Below, piece by piece: positions 1 through 9,613 of a DNA stretch of 35,867 nt. The first letter of the stretch is position 1, and every line of letters begins with the position of its first letter. Where the stretch lies: the IMG/VR virus record IMGVR_UViG_2648501437_000030; one strand, 5' to 3'. Source of the stretch: a virus. Taxonomy: Duplodnaviria > Heunggongvirae > Uroviricota > Caudoviricetes. The notes below the pieces were generated by a model, which was not told the DNA's origin, did no database searches, and saw nothing but the letters and a program-made list of their open reading frames with translations. Made by a program: the position numbers and the translations under genes.

Positions 1-909
1 ATGGGCTTTACCACAAGAGTAAAAAGCGAAGCGAGCGAGAAGAAACCGTTCAACTTTGCGCTGTTCTGGGATAAATACGGCACCTTTTTTATCCTGGCGA
101 TCATCGTCGCCATTTTTGGTTCGCTGTCGCCAGAATATTTTCTGACCACCAATAATATTACCCAGATTTTTGTTCAAAGCTCCGTGACGGTATTGATCGG
201 CATGGGCGAGTTTTTCGCTATCCTGGTCGCTGGTATCGACCTCTCGGTTGGCGCGATTCTGGCGCTTTCCGGTATGGTGACCGCCAAACTGATGTTGGCA
301 GGTGTTGACCCGTTTCTCGCAGCGATGATTGGCGGTGTACTGGTTGGCGGCGCACTGGGGGCGATCAACGGCTGCCTGGTCAACTGGACGGGGCTACACC
401 CGTTCATCATCACCCTTGGCACCAACGCGATTTTCCGTGGGATCACGCTGGTGATCTCCGATGCCAACTCGGTATACGGCTTCTCCTTTGACTTCGTGAA
501 CTTCTTTGCCGCCAGCGTAATTGGGATACCTGTCCCCGTTATCTTCTCGCTAATTGTCGCGCTCATCCTTTGGTTTCTGACAACGCGTATGCGGCTCGGG
601 CGCAACATCTACGCACTGGGCGGCAACAAAAATTCGGCGTTCTATTCCGGGATTGACGTGAAATTCCACATCCTGGTGGTGTTTATCATCTCTGGTGTTT
701 GTGCAGGTCTGGCAGGCGTCGTCTCAACTGCACGACTCGGTGCCGCAGAACCGCTTGCCGGTATGGGTTTTGAAACCTATGCCATTGCCAGCGCCATCAT
801 TGGCGGCACCAGTTTCTTCGGCGGCAAGGGGCGCATTTTCTCTGTGGTGATTGGCGGGTTGATCATCGGCACCATCAACAACGGTCTGAATATTTTGCAG
901 GTGTATTGA
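1..909 (+). CDS. Sugar ABC transporter inner-membrane permease (AraH/RbsC-type), C-terminally truncated by prophage insertion; last two codons and stop come from the phage end
   Basis: 302-aa polytopic membrane protein with typical permease glycine-rich helices; family members are about 320-340 aa and continue past the NGLN motif, whereas this ORF ends 2 codons into the Mu-like end (CAG|GTG TAT TGA). Confidence 0.8.
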   Translation: MGFTTRVKSEASEKKPFNFALFWDKYGTFFILAIIVAIFGSLSPEYFLTTNNITQIFVQSSVTVLIGMGEFFAILVAGIDLSVGAILALSGMVTAKLMLAGVDPFLAAMIGGVLVGGALGAINGCLVNWTGLHPFIITLGTNAIFRGITLVISDANSVYGFSFDFVNFFAASVIGIPVPVIFSLIVALILWFLTTRMRLGRNIYALGGNKNSAFYSGIDVKFHILVVFIISGVCAGLAGVVSTARLGAAEPLAGMGFETYAIASAIIGGTSFFGGKGRIFSVVIGGLIIGTINNGLNILQVY

Positions 910-1080
910 TTCACGAGAAGTACGAAAAATACCGGGAAGACATTGGATTATTCGGGATTTGACGGGATTTGATTTGGTGGGGCTTGCAAGCCTGTAGAGC
1001 AGATTTTAGTCGTTAAGCCGTGAAACGCGAAAGATTACCAGATAATGGCTTTGTTTCATTAAAAATACGAAAAACAAAAT
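902..1080 (+). repeat. Mu-type left end (attL) with terminal TG and three MuA-binding-type repeats
   Basis: TGTATTGATTCACGAGAAGTACGAAAAA at 902; CGTGAAACGCGAAAG near 1018; GTTTCATTAAAAATACGAAAAAC near 1053; near-identical to the Mu left end as recalled. Confidence 0.75.
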
Positions 1081-1226
1081 AACTACTGAACTTGCTTCTA
1101 AACAATTCAAAAAAGCTTCAAAACAAATAACAACAGGGCGACTGTTGAACGATTATACCGCAAAACAGTCTATAACATCCTAAACCCATTATTGAGGTAA
1201 GCCGTGCTTTAGTTCGCTCCTGGTTG

Positions 1227-1751
1227 TTATACAGCTTTTTTTACATCGTCTTCTTTTGCCGGGAGGTTGTGTTCCTTATTTTCATACTGAGATAAAATCT
1301 CTCTCGCTTTTTCCGGCGGTAATGCTTGAAGTGTCTGTAGGGTTCTTTGTTGTTCCACAGTAACCCCCAATGCTTCTAACGCTTTATCTTTGCTAACAAT
1401 TGTCGGCATAAGACCTTTAATTCCTGCCACACGAATGATCTCAATAGCCGCAGCTTGCTCATCAGGCGTTAAGAAACTCATTGCATAAACTAGCCGCTCA
1501 TCAACTGTATGATGGCTTGGTACATGTACTGGAGGGGTATCAGAAAATGATGCTCCCTTAATAGCCCTTTGGGTTTCTTCTGGTAAGCTGTTGATGTGAT
1601 ATTCATAAGCCACACCTTTTCCACCATGACGTTGACGTTTTACCCAATCTTCTGCCACAGCCTTTCTGGTAATGTTAGTCGCCAACTTTGGCACACCAGG
1701 CATCCCCTCCAGCTCTTTCGCATTAAACCATTCTTTGATTTCAAAAGACAT
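1227..1751 (-). CDS. c: Mu-type repressor c (N-terminal winged-helix DNA-binding domain related to the MuA N-terminus)
   Basis: 174 aa, divergent from ner; N-terminus resembles the MuA N-terminal domain; C-terminus ...EKAREILSQY...KKAV resembles Mu Repc. Confidence 0.85.
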   Translation of the reverse strand: MSFEIKEWFNAKELEGMPGVPKLATNITRKAVAEDWVKRQRHGGKGVAYEYHINSLPEETQRAIKGASFSDTPPVHVPSHHTVDERLVYAMSFLTPDEQAAAIEIIRVAGIKGLMPTIVSKDKALEALGVTVEQQRTLQTLQALPPEKAREILSQYENKEHNLPAKEDDVKKAV

Positions 1752-1938
1752 CGTTTAAAATCCCAATGATTTCATTAAAGTTGAAGAAATTACTTTAAAT
1801 TTCAAATAATTAATCAAGATGCTGTAAAATCTTTTCAAATCATCATTGATTCCAAAAAGATTTCACTGTACATTGCTCGATATGCCGTGAGCTACTTTGC
1901 AGAGTAGCTCACGGGTGAATCTGAAAGGATTACATGAA
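1752..1938. promoter_or_regulatory. Divergent early/repressor promoter and operator region between c and ner; contains a perfect 12-bp inverted repeat (1885..1914)
   Basis: AT-rich 187-bp spacer between divergent c and ner; position corresponds to Mu O1-O3/Pe/Pc. Confidence 0.6.
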
Positions 1939-2160
1939 ATGCATATGAATAAAAGAGCTAACCGCCAAGACTGGCATCGGGCTGACATCGTTGCTGAGTT
2001 ACGAAAACGCAATATGTCACTGGCCGAATTGGGAAGATCGAATCATCTTTCGTCTTCAACATTAAAAAATGCTTTAGATAAGAGATACCCAAAAGCGGAA
2101 AAAATCATTGCAGATGCATTGGGAATGACACCGCAGGATATCTGGCCATCTCGATACTAG
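1939..2160 (+). CDS. ner: Ner-like DNA-binding early regulator
   Basis: About 73 aa from ATG 1939 (RBS AAAGGA); [14 protein letters not shown]...IWPSRY matches the Ner/Nlp family. Confidence 0.85.
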
Positions 2161-2167
2161 GTGCGCT

Positions 2168-4156
2168 ATGAAAGAGTGGTATACAGCGAAAGAATTGCTT
2201 GGTTTTGCTGGTTTGCCAAAGCAAGCAACTAACATTACACGTAAGGCACAAAGAGAAGGCTGGGTGTTTAGGCAAGTTACAGGTACTAAAGGTGTATCAT
2301 TTGAATTCAATATCAAATCATTTCCTGTTGCATTACGTGCTGAAATTTTATTGCAACAAGGAGGTATTGAAACAAGCCAGGGCCGTTTTGAAATCGCCCG
2401 CCCCACGCTGGAAGCCCATGATTATGATCGTGAGGCACTGTGGAGCAAATGGGATAACGCCAGCGATTCCCAGCGCAGACTTGCTGAAAAATGGTTGCCT
2501 GCGGTTCAGGCTGCAGACGAAATGCTGAACCAGGGGGTTTCAACGAAAACGGCATTTGCGACCGTTGCAGGACATTACCAGGTCAGCGCATCCACTTTGC
2601 GAGACAAATATTACCAGGTACAGAAGTTTGCGAAGCCTGACTGGGCGGCTGCGCTTGTTGATGGACGTGGTGCATCCCGTCGCAACGTTCACAAAAGTGA
2701 ATTTGACGAGGATGCCTGGCAGTTTCTGATTGCAGATTATCTGCGACCAGAAAAACCCGCCTTCCGCAAATGTTATGAGCGTCTGGAACTGGCAGCCCGC
2801 GAGCATGGCTGGAGTATTCCCTCCCGTGCCACGGCCTTTCGCCGGATTCAGCAACTGGACGAGGCAATGGTTGTTGCCTGCCGTGAAGGTGAACATGCAC
2901 TGATGCATCTGATACCGGCACAACAGCGAACTGTGGAACACCTGGACGCCATGCAGTGGATCAACGGCGACGGTTATCTGCATAACGTTTTTGTACGCTG
3001 GTTTAACGGTGATGTGATCCGCCCGAAAACATGGTTCTGGCAGGATGTGAAAACACGAAAAATTCTGGGCTGGCGCTGCGATGTAAGCGAGAACATCGAT
3101 TCAATTCGCCTCTCGTTCATGGATGTGGTGACACGCTACGGCATCCCGGAGGATTTTCACATCACCATCGATAACACCCGTGGTGCAGCGAATAAATGGC
3201 TGACGGGGGGCGCGCCCAATCGTTACCGCTTTAAGGTGAAAGAGGACGATCCAAAGGGGCTGTTTTTACTGATGGGCGCGAAAATGCACTGGACAAGCGT
3301 TGTTGCCGGTAAAGGCTGGGGCCAGGCAAAACCTGTTGAACGTGCTTTCGGTGTTGGTGGGCTTGAGGAATACGTTGATAAGCATCCGGCACTGGCTGGC
3401 GCATATACGGGGCCAAATCCGCAGGCAAAACCTGATAACTATGGCGACCGTGCTGTTGATGCAGAGCTGTTTCTGAAAACCCTTGCTGAAGGTGTTGCGA
3501 TGTTCAATGCCAGAACAGGTCGTGAAACAGAAATGTGCGGAGGCAAACTTTCGTTTGATGACGTTTTTGAGCGTGAATACGCCAGAACGATTGTGCGTAA
3601 GCCGACCGAAGAACAAAAACGGATGCTGTTGCTGCCTGCCGAGGCGGTGAACGTTTCACGCAAAGGCGAGTTTACGCTTAAAGTTGGCGGCTCCCTTAAA
3701 GGTGCAAAAAACGTTTATTACAACATGGCGTTAATGAATGCCGGCGTGAAAAAAGTTGTGGTCAGATTTGATCCGCAGCAGCTACACAGCACGGTTTATT
3801 GCTACACCCTGGACGGTCGGTTTATCTGTGAAGCGGAATGTCTGGCACCTGTTGCGTTTAATGATGCTGCGGCAGGCCGTGAATATCGCCGCCGCCAGAA
3901 ACAACTGAAATCTGCAACTAAAGCAGCCATTAAGGCGCAGAAACAAATGGACGCGCTGGAAGTTGCTGAACTGCTGCCGCAGATAGCCGAACCAGCAGCA
4001 CCAGAATCAAGAGTTGTTGGTATTTTCCGGCCTTCCGGTAACACGGTGCAGGTGAAATACCAGGAACCCGATGAGGAATATGAAACTGATCGTGATGAAT
4101 ATCTGAATCATTCGCTGGATATTCTGGAACAGAACAGACGTAAAAAAGCCATTTAA
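2168..4156 (+). CDS. A: DDE transposase MuA
   Basis: 662 aa; from about residue 65 onward near-identical to phage Mu transposase as recalled. Confidence 0.95.
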
Positions 4157-4194
4157 TTAACGTTTAAACTAAATTTAATTACGAGGTTATTCAG

Positions 4195-5133
4195 ATGAAT
4201 ATTTCCGATATTCGCGCAGGACTGCGCACGCTTGTAGAAAGTGAAAAAGCTACTTATGCACAAATTGCCCGCGAGTCCGGCGTGGCCGCAGGAACGTTAA
4301 GCGCATTCGTGAATAACAAGTACAACGGCGACAATGAACGTGTTGCGCAGACGCTGGAACGCTGGCTGGAGAACTATCACCGTGCCGCAGAGCTGCCAGA
4401 ACCACCGCGTTTTGTGGAAACCAGAACAGCACGCCAAATCTGGACGAGTATGCGTTTTGCCAGTCTGACTGAAAGTATTTCTGTTATCTGCGGTAATCCA
4501 GGTGTGGGAAAAACTGAAGCAGCCCGCGAATTTCGTCGCACCAATAACAATGTCTGGATGATCACCATTACCCCATCCTGCGCCAGTGTTCTGGAATGTC
4601 TCACTGAACTGGCGTATGAACTGGGAATGAATGACGCACCGCGCCGCAAAGGGCCGCTCTCCCGCGCTTTGCGACGCCGCCTTGAAGGTACGCAGGGGCT
4701 GGTCATTATCGACGAAGCTGATCATCTTGGCGCTGAAGTTCTGGAAGAACTCCGCCTGTTGCAGGAATCCGCCCGTATTGGCCTTGTTCTGATGGGGAAT
4801 CACCGCGTTTATTCAAACATGACCGGTGGTAACAGAACGGTTGAATTTGCCCGACTGTTTTCCCGTATTGCCAAACGGACGGCAATCAATAAAACCAAAA
4901 TTGATGATGTAAAGGCCATTGCGGATGCCTGGCAAATTACCGGCGAAAACGAGCGGGAATTATTACAGCAGATTGCGCAAAAACCAGGTGCACTTCGCAT
5001 CCTGAACCACTCGCTGCGCCTTGCGGCCATGACCGCCCACGGCAAAGGTGAACGTGTTAATGAAGATTATCTGCGTCAGGCTTTCCGTGAATTAGACCTC
5101 GACGTTGATATTTCAACCCTGCTGCGCACGTAA
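4195..5133 (+). CDS. B: Transposition ATPase / target DNA activator MuB
   Basis: 312 aa, N-terminal HTH, Walker A GNPGVGKT, Walker B IIDEAD; directly downstream of A. Confidence 0.9.
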   Translation: MNISDIRAGLRTLVESEKATYAQIARESGVAAGTLSAFVNNKYNGDNERVAQTLERWLENYHRAAELPEPPRFVETRTARQIWTSMRFASLTESISVICGNPGVGKTEAAREFRRTNNNVWMITITPSCASVLECLTELAYELGMNDAPRRKGPLSRALRRRLEGTQGLVIIDEADHLGAEVLEELRLLQESARIGLVLMGNHRVYSNMTGGNRTVEFARLFSRIAKRTAINKTKIDDVKAIADAWQITGENERELLQQIAQKPGALRILNHSLRLAAMTAHGKGERVNEDYLRQAFRELDLDVDISTLLRT

Positions 5134-5146
5134 GGAGAGCGAAATC

Positions 5147-5374
5147 ATGATGTCACGGAATATCAAAATGGCAACGGAAGTAAAGAGCTGGTTACAGGAG
5201 CGCGGCAGCCACGTCAACGAATCCTGGCTGGGCGTGGCCCGCCCGGTGCTTGAAATTACCTGCCCGCCACCGGAGCTGGTCAGAAACGCTGTCAGGATTA
5301 TGGAGCATAAATCAGGGGTTGCCCGTTCCGTATGGACGGCCCGCCTTAATGGTTGCCAGATTATCTGGCGTTAA
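5147..5374 (+). CDS. Small early protein at the position of Mu kil (function not established)
   Basis: 75 aa, RBS AGGAGAG 8 nt upstream, immediately after B. Confidence 0.5.
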   Translation: MMSRNIKMATEVKSWLQERGSHVNESWLGVARPVLEITCPPPELVRNAVRIMEHKSGVARSVWTARLNGCQIIWR

Positions 5375-5406
5375 TAACGGCTTATTTATTTGTGAGGAAT
5401 AACAAA

Positions 5407-5676
5407 ATGGCAAAAGTAATCTTTGAATTTAACCGCATGGAAGATGTTGAGTTTCAGAAAAAAGGAGGTTTCTTTGTAGGAATGAGTGTGCAACTGGAAG
5501 AACAGTCTCCTAAGGAGCAAACCGGACCGCATGACGTGATGGCAGGCATTATCAAGAGCATGGCTCCTGAAATTATTGAAAAAGCAACCCAGGAGTTGTT
5601 GAAGTCAGCCAGAGAACTTGGGCTGGAAGCCGAAGGCGAGTTATTCCGGTATAACCCGGATGCAGCCAAACATTAA
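5407..5676 (+). CDS. Hypothetical early-region protein
   Basis: 90 aa ORF with RBS GAGGAA; no family recognised. Confidence 0.5.
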   Translation: MAKVIFEFNRMEDVEFQKKGGFFVGMSVQLEEQSPKEQTGPHDVMAGIIKSMAPEIIEKATQELLKSARELGLEAEGELFRYNPDAAKH

Positions 5677-5692
5677 TTTCAGGGAAGGAGGC

Positions 5693-5983
5693 ATGATGAT
5701 AATCACTCGCAAAAGATGGTCACGCGAAGACCGGGAATTTATCGAAGCCAGTGTCGGGAAAATGACCGTCGAGGAAATGGCGAAAAAACTGAACGTTGCC
5801 CCAACCGCCCTACAGGCACATGCCAGAAGGCACGGAATATCGTTGTGTGCATACCGGGTCAGTGAGCACGACAAATATTTGTGTCGTGAACTTTATAAAG
5901 AAGGGCTGGCTATTCATGTCATTGCCCAAAAGATGGAATTAAGCAATCGTGCTGTATCCAGCATTGTATACAGCGAATATTAA
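5693..5983 (+). CDS. Hypothetical early-region protein with possible helix-turn-helix segments
   Basis: 97 aa from ATG 5693 (RBS GGAAGGAGG); HTH-like stretch EEMAKKLNVAPTALQAHARRHGI. Confidence 0.5.
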   Translation: MMIITRKRWSREDREFIEASVGKMTVEEMAKKLNVAPTALQAHARRHGISLCAYRVSEHDKYLCRELYKEGLAIHVIAQKMELSNRAVSSIVYSEY

Positions 5984-6003
5984 TTAACAGGAGCTTTATT
6001 TAT

Positions 6004-6528
6004 ATGGCTAAACCAGCAAAACGAATCAAGAATGCCGCAGCGGCTTATGTTCCACAGTCCCGCGATGCCGTGGTATGTGATATCCGCCGGATTGGTGACC
6101 TGCAACGCGAAGCGGCACGACTTGAAACGGAAATGAATGACGCTATCGCTGAAATTACAGAGAAATACGCCTCACAGATTGCGCCGCTAAAAACCAGTAT
6201 CGAAACCCTTTCAAAAGGCGTTCAGGGATGGTGTGAAGCGAACCGCGACGAACTGACGAACGGCGGCAAGGTGAAGACGGCGAACCTGGTAACCGGCGAT
6301 GTGTCATGGCGTCAGCGCCCACCATCGGTAAGTATTCGCGGTGTGGATGCGGTGATGGAAACGCTGGAGCGTCTTGGCCTGCAACGCTTTATTCGCACGA
6401 AACAGGAAATCAACAAGGAAGCGATTTTACTGGAACCGAAAGCGGTCGCAGGTGTTGCCGGAATTACAGTTAAGTCTGGAATTGAAGATTTTTCCATTAT
6501 TCCGTTTGAACAGGAAGCCGGTATTTAA
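6004..6528 (+). CDS. gam: Gam-like host-nuclease inhibitor (DNA-end-binding protein)
   Basis: 174 aa, coiled-coil N-terminus, resembles Mu Gam in sequence and position. Confidence 0.85.
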   Translation: MAKPAKRIKNAAAAYVPQSRDAVVCDIRRIGDLQREAARLETEMNDAIAEITEKYASQIAPLKTSIETLSKGVQGWCEANRDELTNGGKVKTANLVTGDVSWRQRPPSVSIRGVDAVMETLERLGLQRFIRTKQEINKEAILLEPKAVAGVAGITVKSGIEDFSIIPFEQEAGI

Positions 6529-6627
6529 TACCACCATTAATATTTAATTAATTCACTTTCTTTTAATTATGGCGCGATGCGTCAGGGGATTGCTCGCGCC
6601 TGAAACAGATTACTAAGGAATAAAAAA

Positions 6628-7170
6628 ATGGTTGATGCAAAAGTTTTGAACGGTGTCAGCACATTATTACGGACTTACGGGCGTCTGACCTGTGGTGTTC
6701 TGGCTGAAAAAATGAAGATGCCACCTTCCTCAATGGTGTATTTCCTGCGTGATGCGGTTGATGCCGGAGTTCTCACTGAATGCAACGGATTTTATGACGT
6801 TCCGCGCCCTCGTCCGACGCCTCCTGTAAGACGAAACGCAACAACGGAACACCCCGATGTTGATGATGCTCAATGGTGCGCGTTCCGCCGCTCTTTGCCC
6901 TGGCTGGAAGGCAATGCCATTCCGGCACTGGCAAAAGAATTTGCGACAGGCGTACTGACCTGCGAGTCGGTTTACATCGTTGCTGAAGTGGATGACGAGA
7001 TGTGCAAACAGGGAATGCCCCGTTTTGTGATGGCGTATATCGATATCCGGCTGGGGCGCTTTATTTGTGGTTCCAGTGGCTGGAATATCACCGACCACGT
7101 CATGCGCTATCTCATTCTTGATTATTCACCAGCTCCGGCCGCAACACAGGAAGTCAGTGAACATGATTAA
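6628..7170 (+). CDS. Hypothetical early accessory protein, possible N-terminal winged-helix
   Basis: 180 aa, RBS AAGGA; first gene of a three-gene overlapping cluster; no family recognised. Confidence 0.55.
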   Translation: MVDAKVLNGVSTLLRTYGRLTCGVLAEKMKMPPSSMVYFLRDAVDAGVLTECNGFYDVPRPRPTPPVRRNATTEHPDVDDAQWCAFRRSLPWLEGNAIPALAKEFATGVLTCESVYIVAEVDDEMCKQGMPRFVMAYIDIRLGRFICGSSGWNITDHVMRYLILDYSPAPAATQEVSEHD

Positions 7171-7345
7171 GTCAATTGGCTTTGTCCTGCTGGTTGGCAC
7201 CTGCGGGAATGATGCCTGTGATGCCATCCCTGTAACGGAAAAAATCTGGCCCACCGAGCAGGCATGTATGCAGGTGATGGAGCGCATACAAAAACATTAT
7301 CCCAATGAAATCTTTTATTGCGAAGAGGTATTAAGAAATGAATAA
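7163..7345 (+). CDS. Small Cys-rich protein with hydrophobic N-terminus (possible exported or lipoprotein-like peptide)
   Basis: 60 aa from ATG 7163, overlapping upstream stop (ATGATTAA); N-terminus MIKSIGFVLLVGTCG; four cysteines. Confidence 0.4.
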   Translation: MIKSIGFVLLVGTCGNDACDAIPVTEKIWPTEQACMQVMERIQKHYPNEIFYCEEVLRNE

Positions 7346-7727
7346 CGCAGAGAAAAATGAAATTAAATCCGCATCCGCCAGCACCAGAAAACATCTTTAT
7401 GATTTTTATGTCGCCTATAACCAGTGGTTAAAAAACGGAGCGCAAGAAACGGAAGGGGAAGGGTTTATTCGGGGAGTCGGATTATGCGCCAATGTTTATG
7501 ACTATTTTGAATCAATCGGAGCAGACAGCGAGGCTGCGCTAGAACAATTACATGCGGATTTTGTCGCGAGTGGGCTGGATGAATCCCTGCCATTTAATGT
7601 AGATAACGTGCACTACCATGATGAATGCCTACATGACAGATGCCACCTGAATTCTGCTCGTGTGGCATGGGTCGAAAAACACTGCATTAAGGAGATGGGG
7701 CAAAATGAGTCGCACATCCCTGATTAA
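7338..7727 (+). CDS. Hypothetical acidic early accessory protein with Cys/His cluster
   Basis: 129 aa; start overlaps upstream stop; HYHDECLHDRCH...HC motif; no family recognised. Confidence 0.5.
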   Translation: MNNAEKNEIKSASASTRKHLYDFYVAYNQWLKNGAQETEGEGFIRGVGLCANVYDYFESIGADSEAALEQLHADFVASGLDESLPFNVDNVHYHDECLHDRCHLNSARVAWVEKHCIKEMGQNESHIPD

Positions 7728-8256
7728 ATTAATTCATGTTGCCCGCCGGGAGTTGCACCTCGACGATGACACTTACCGCGCCTTTCTGGTGCAGTGCACG
7801 GGCAAAACCAGTTGCCGCGAGCTGTCCGTTGCACAACTGGAACAAGTGCTCGATGCCATGAAAGAGCGCGGTTTTAAAAAGCAGAATAAACATCCCCGCC
7901 GTCGCTTTAAGGGGCATGTCACACCGCGCGAGAAGATTTATAAAATCTGGCAGCAGATGTTTCTTGATGGTTTCGTATCCGATATCAGCGACGCCGCGCT
8001 GGACAAATACGTTGAACGCCTGACGGCCAGACGTAATGGCGGTCAGGGTGTTTCCACGCTGGCATGGTGTCACGGGGAATCGTTGCAGGTTGTGCTCGAA
8101 ACGCTCAAACAGTGGCACATGCGCTGCATCCGTGAAGCCTTTGCCCGACATGGTGTGCCTTTACCTGTAAGCCCATCCGGGCGGGAACTGCGCGGCTATG
8201 ATGCACTGACCAGTGCGTATGCCCGCGCACGAAACAGCGGGAGAATTGCTGTATGA
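7705..8256 (+). CDS. Mu gp16/GemA-like early protein
   Basis: 183 aa from ATG 7705 (RBS AAGGAGA); N-terminus MSRTSLIKLIHVARRELHLDD resembles the Mu gp16 family; located just before mor. Confidence 0.6.
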   Translation: MSRTSLIKLIHVARRELHLDDDTYRAFLVQCTGKTSCRELSVAQLEQVLDAMKERGFKKQNKHPRRRFKGHVTPREKIYKIWQQMFLDGFVSDISDAALDKYVERLTARRNGGQGVSTLAWCHGESLQVVLETLKQWHMRCIREAFARHGVPLPVSPSGRELRGYDALTSAYARARNSGRIAV

Positions 8257-8702
8257 AACAGATGAAAGAGCAGGATTTATTCGAAGACCTCCGGGACGAC
8301 AGCGTTCTGGAATATCTTCATGATTACCAGGAAAACACCGCTTATCCGGCGTTACTTTCTGAACTAAACGCACTGCTGCGTAAAGAGCTGGCCCGGATTG
8401 GCGCAGACCCTGCTCATTCCCTTGAGCTGGTTGTGGCGATTTGTCGCCATATCGGCGGGATGCAGGTTTATGTTCCGAGGGGGAATATTCTGGAGAATCT
8501 TGTCCGGGATATGCGTATCTGGCGTGATTTTAACGGCCATAATATTCCTGAACTGGTTCAGCGTTACGGAGTGACGTATAAAACCGTCTACAAGGCCATC
8601 AAACGGATGCGACGTCTGGAGCGCAATAAATACCAGCCGGATTTGTTTTACCCCTCCCCGAACCTGCCTCACCCCGTTCGTCGTCCGCCACGACGCCCTT
8701 AA
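8253..8702 (+). CDS. mor: Mor/C-family transcriptional activator
   Basis: 149 aa; DPAHSLELVVAICRHIGGMQVYVPRG and C-terminal HTH YGVTYKTVYKAIKRMRR match Mu Mor as recalled. Confidence 0.85.
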   Translation: MKQMKEQDLFEDLRDDSVLEYLHDYQENTAYPALLSELNALLRKELARIGADPAHSLELVVAICRHIGGMQVYVPRGNILENLVRDMRIWRDFNGHNIPELVQRYGVTYKTVYKAIKRMRRLERNKYQPDLFYPSPNLPHPVRRPPRRP

Positions 8703-8706
8703 TCAA

Positions 8707-8732
8707 TGAAGCCGGTAAATCCGGCTTTTTTT
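8707..8732 (+). terminator. Rho-independent terminator after mor (GCCGG-TAAAT-CCGGC plus T7)
   Basis: Short GC stem, 5-nt loop, T-run; the same 26-mer recurs at 16428..16453. Confidence 0.7.
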
Positions 8733-8787
8733 ATGCCTCCGGCACCATGAAGCAGACCACGTTTAACTCTGCTTCACAGGTGTTTTT

Positions 8788-9384
8788 ATGGAAAATCAAA
8801 AATTCTCCCCGGCCTTTGAGCATGCGCTGAATTTCATTCTGCGTCCCGATATCGAAGGCGTCTATGTCAATGACTCCACTGACCGTGGCGGCGAAACCAA
8901 ATACGGCATTTCTGACCGCCGCGACGGTGTGATTGACGGCAAAACCGATGTCAACGGTGACGGTAAACCGGATACCCGCATCAAAGATTTAACCCGCGAA
9001 CAGGCCGCACAGATTTACCTGCGTGATTACTGGCTGCCTGCCGGATGTGACCAGTGGCCTGATGGCGTGGCGCTTTTTGTGTTTGATGCGGCGGTTCAGC
9101 ATGGCGTTAAAAAGGCTATCAAACTTTTGCAGGAAGCCGCTGATGTGGATGCTGACGGCATCATCGGGCCGCGTACCCGCAAGGCCGTGAGCCAGTCCAC
9201 CCCTGACTGGCTGCTGGCCCGCTGTATTGTCCGTCGCTCCCGCTTTTATGCCGACATCATCAAATCAAAACCCGCCCAGGGCAAATACCTGAACGGCTGG
9301 TTTAACCGCATGGAAAAGCTGACCGACGCCTGTCTGGAAATCATCGATACCCCTCTGGGCATCATGTCCGCCACGCGGGGGTGA
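8788..9384 (+). CDS. Endolysin (GH108-like N-terminal domain plus C-terminal peptidoglycan-binding domain)
   Basis: 198 aa; DRGGETKYGIS catalytic-region motif and C-terminal GWFNRM motif; first late gene after mor. Confidence 0.8.
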   Translation: MENQKFSPAFEHALNFILRPDIEGVYVNDSTDRGGETKYGISDRRDGVIDGKTDVNGDGKPDTRIKDLTREQAAQIYLRDYWLPAGCDQWPDGVALFVFDAAVQHGVKKAIKLLQEAADVDADGIIGPRTRKAVSQSTPDWLLARCIVRRSRFYADIIKSKPAQGKYLNGWFNRMEKLTDACLEIIDTPLGIMSATRG

Positions 9385-9385
9385 T

Positions 9386-9613
9386 ATGGGCAAAGGCTGG
9401 GATGCCTCACTGAAAGCCGGGCGGCGTGACCGCCTGCGTCAGGAGGTTCTGCACCGCATGGCCGGAGGTCCGCCCCCGAAACCGCTGGACTATACCGGCC
9501 ATGACGGCACACACGCCAGCTACTACATGCGTGGCTGGAACTCCGTGGATACACGGGACGTTTTCTGGCAGTGCCAGAAGTACAAGGAAAAACTCAATGC
9601 ACAGAATGAATAG
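9386..9613 (+). CDS. Hypothetical lysis-region protein
   Basis: 75 aa, start 1 nt after endolysin stop; no family recognised. Confidence 0.45.
   Translation: MGKGWDASLKAGRRDRLRQEVLHRMAGGPPPKPLDYTGHDGTHASYYMRGWNSVDTRDVFWQCQKYKEKLNAQNE

Noticed and set aside
2074-2983. Overlapping ORFs on both strands inside the transposase gene (2074..2406, 2199..2528, 2313..2555, 2540..2983)
   Set aside because: The + strand frame encoding MuA is unambiguous; these are alternative-frame artefacts.
6553-6600. Inverted repeat GGCGCGA...TCGCGCC after gam as a terminator
   Set aside because: Long loop and no T-run; more likely incidental or part of a promoter region, so not reported as a feature.
8703-8787. 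A second Mor/C-family gene (C) between mor and the endolysin
   Set aside because: The interval is only 85 bp and holds a terminator and presumed late promoter; no ORF fits.
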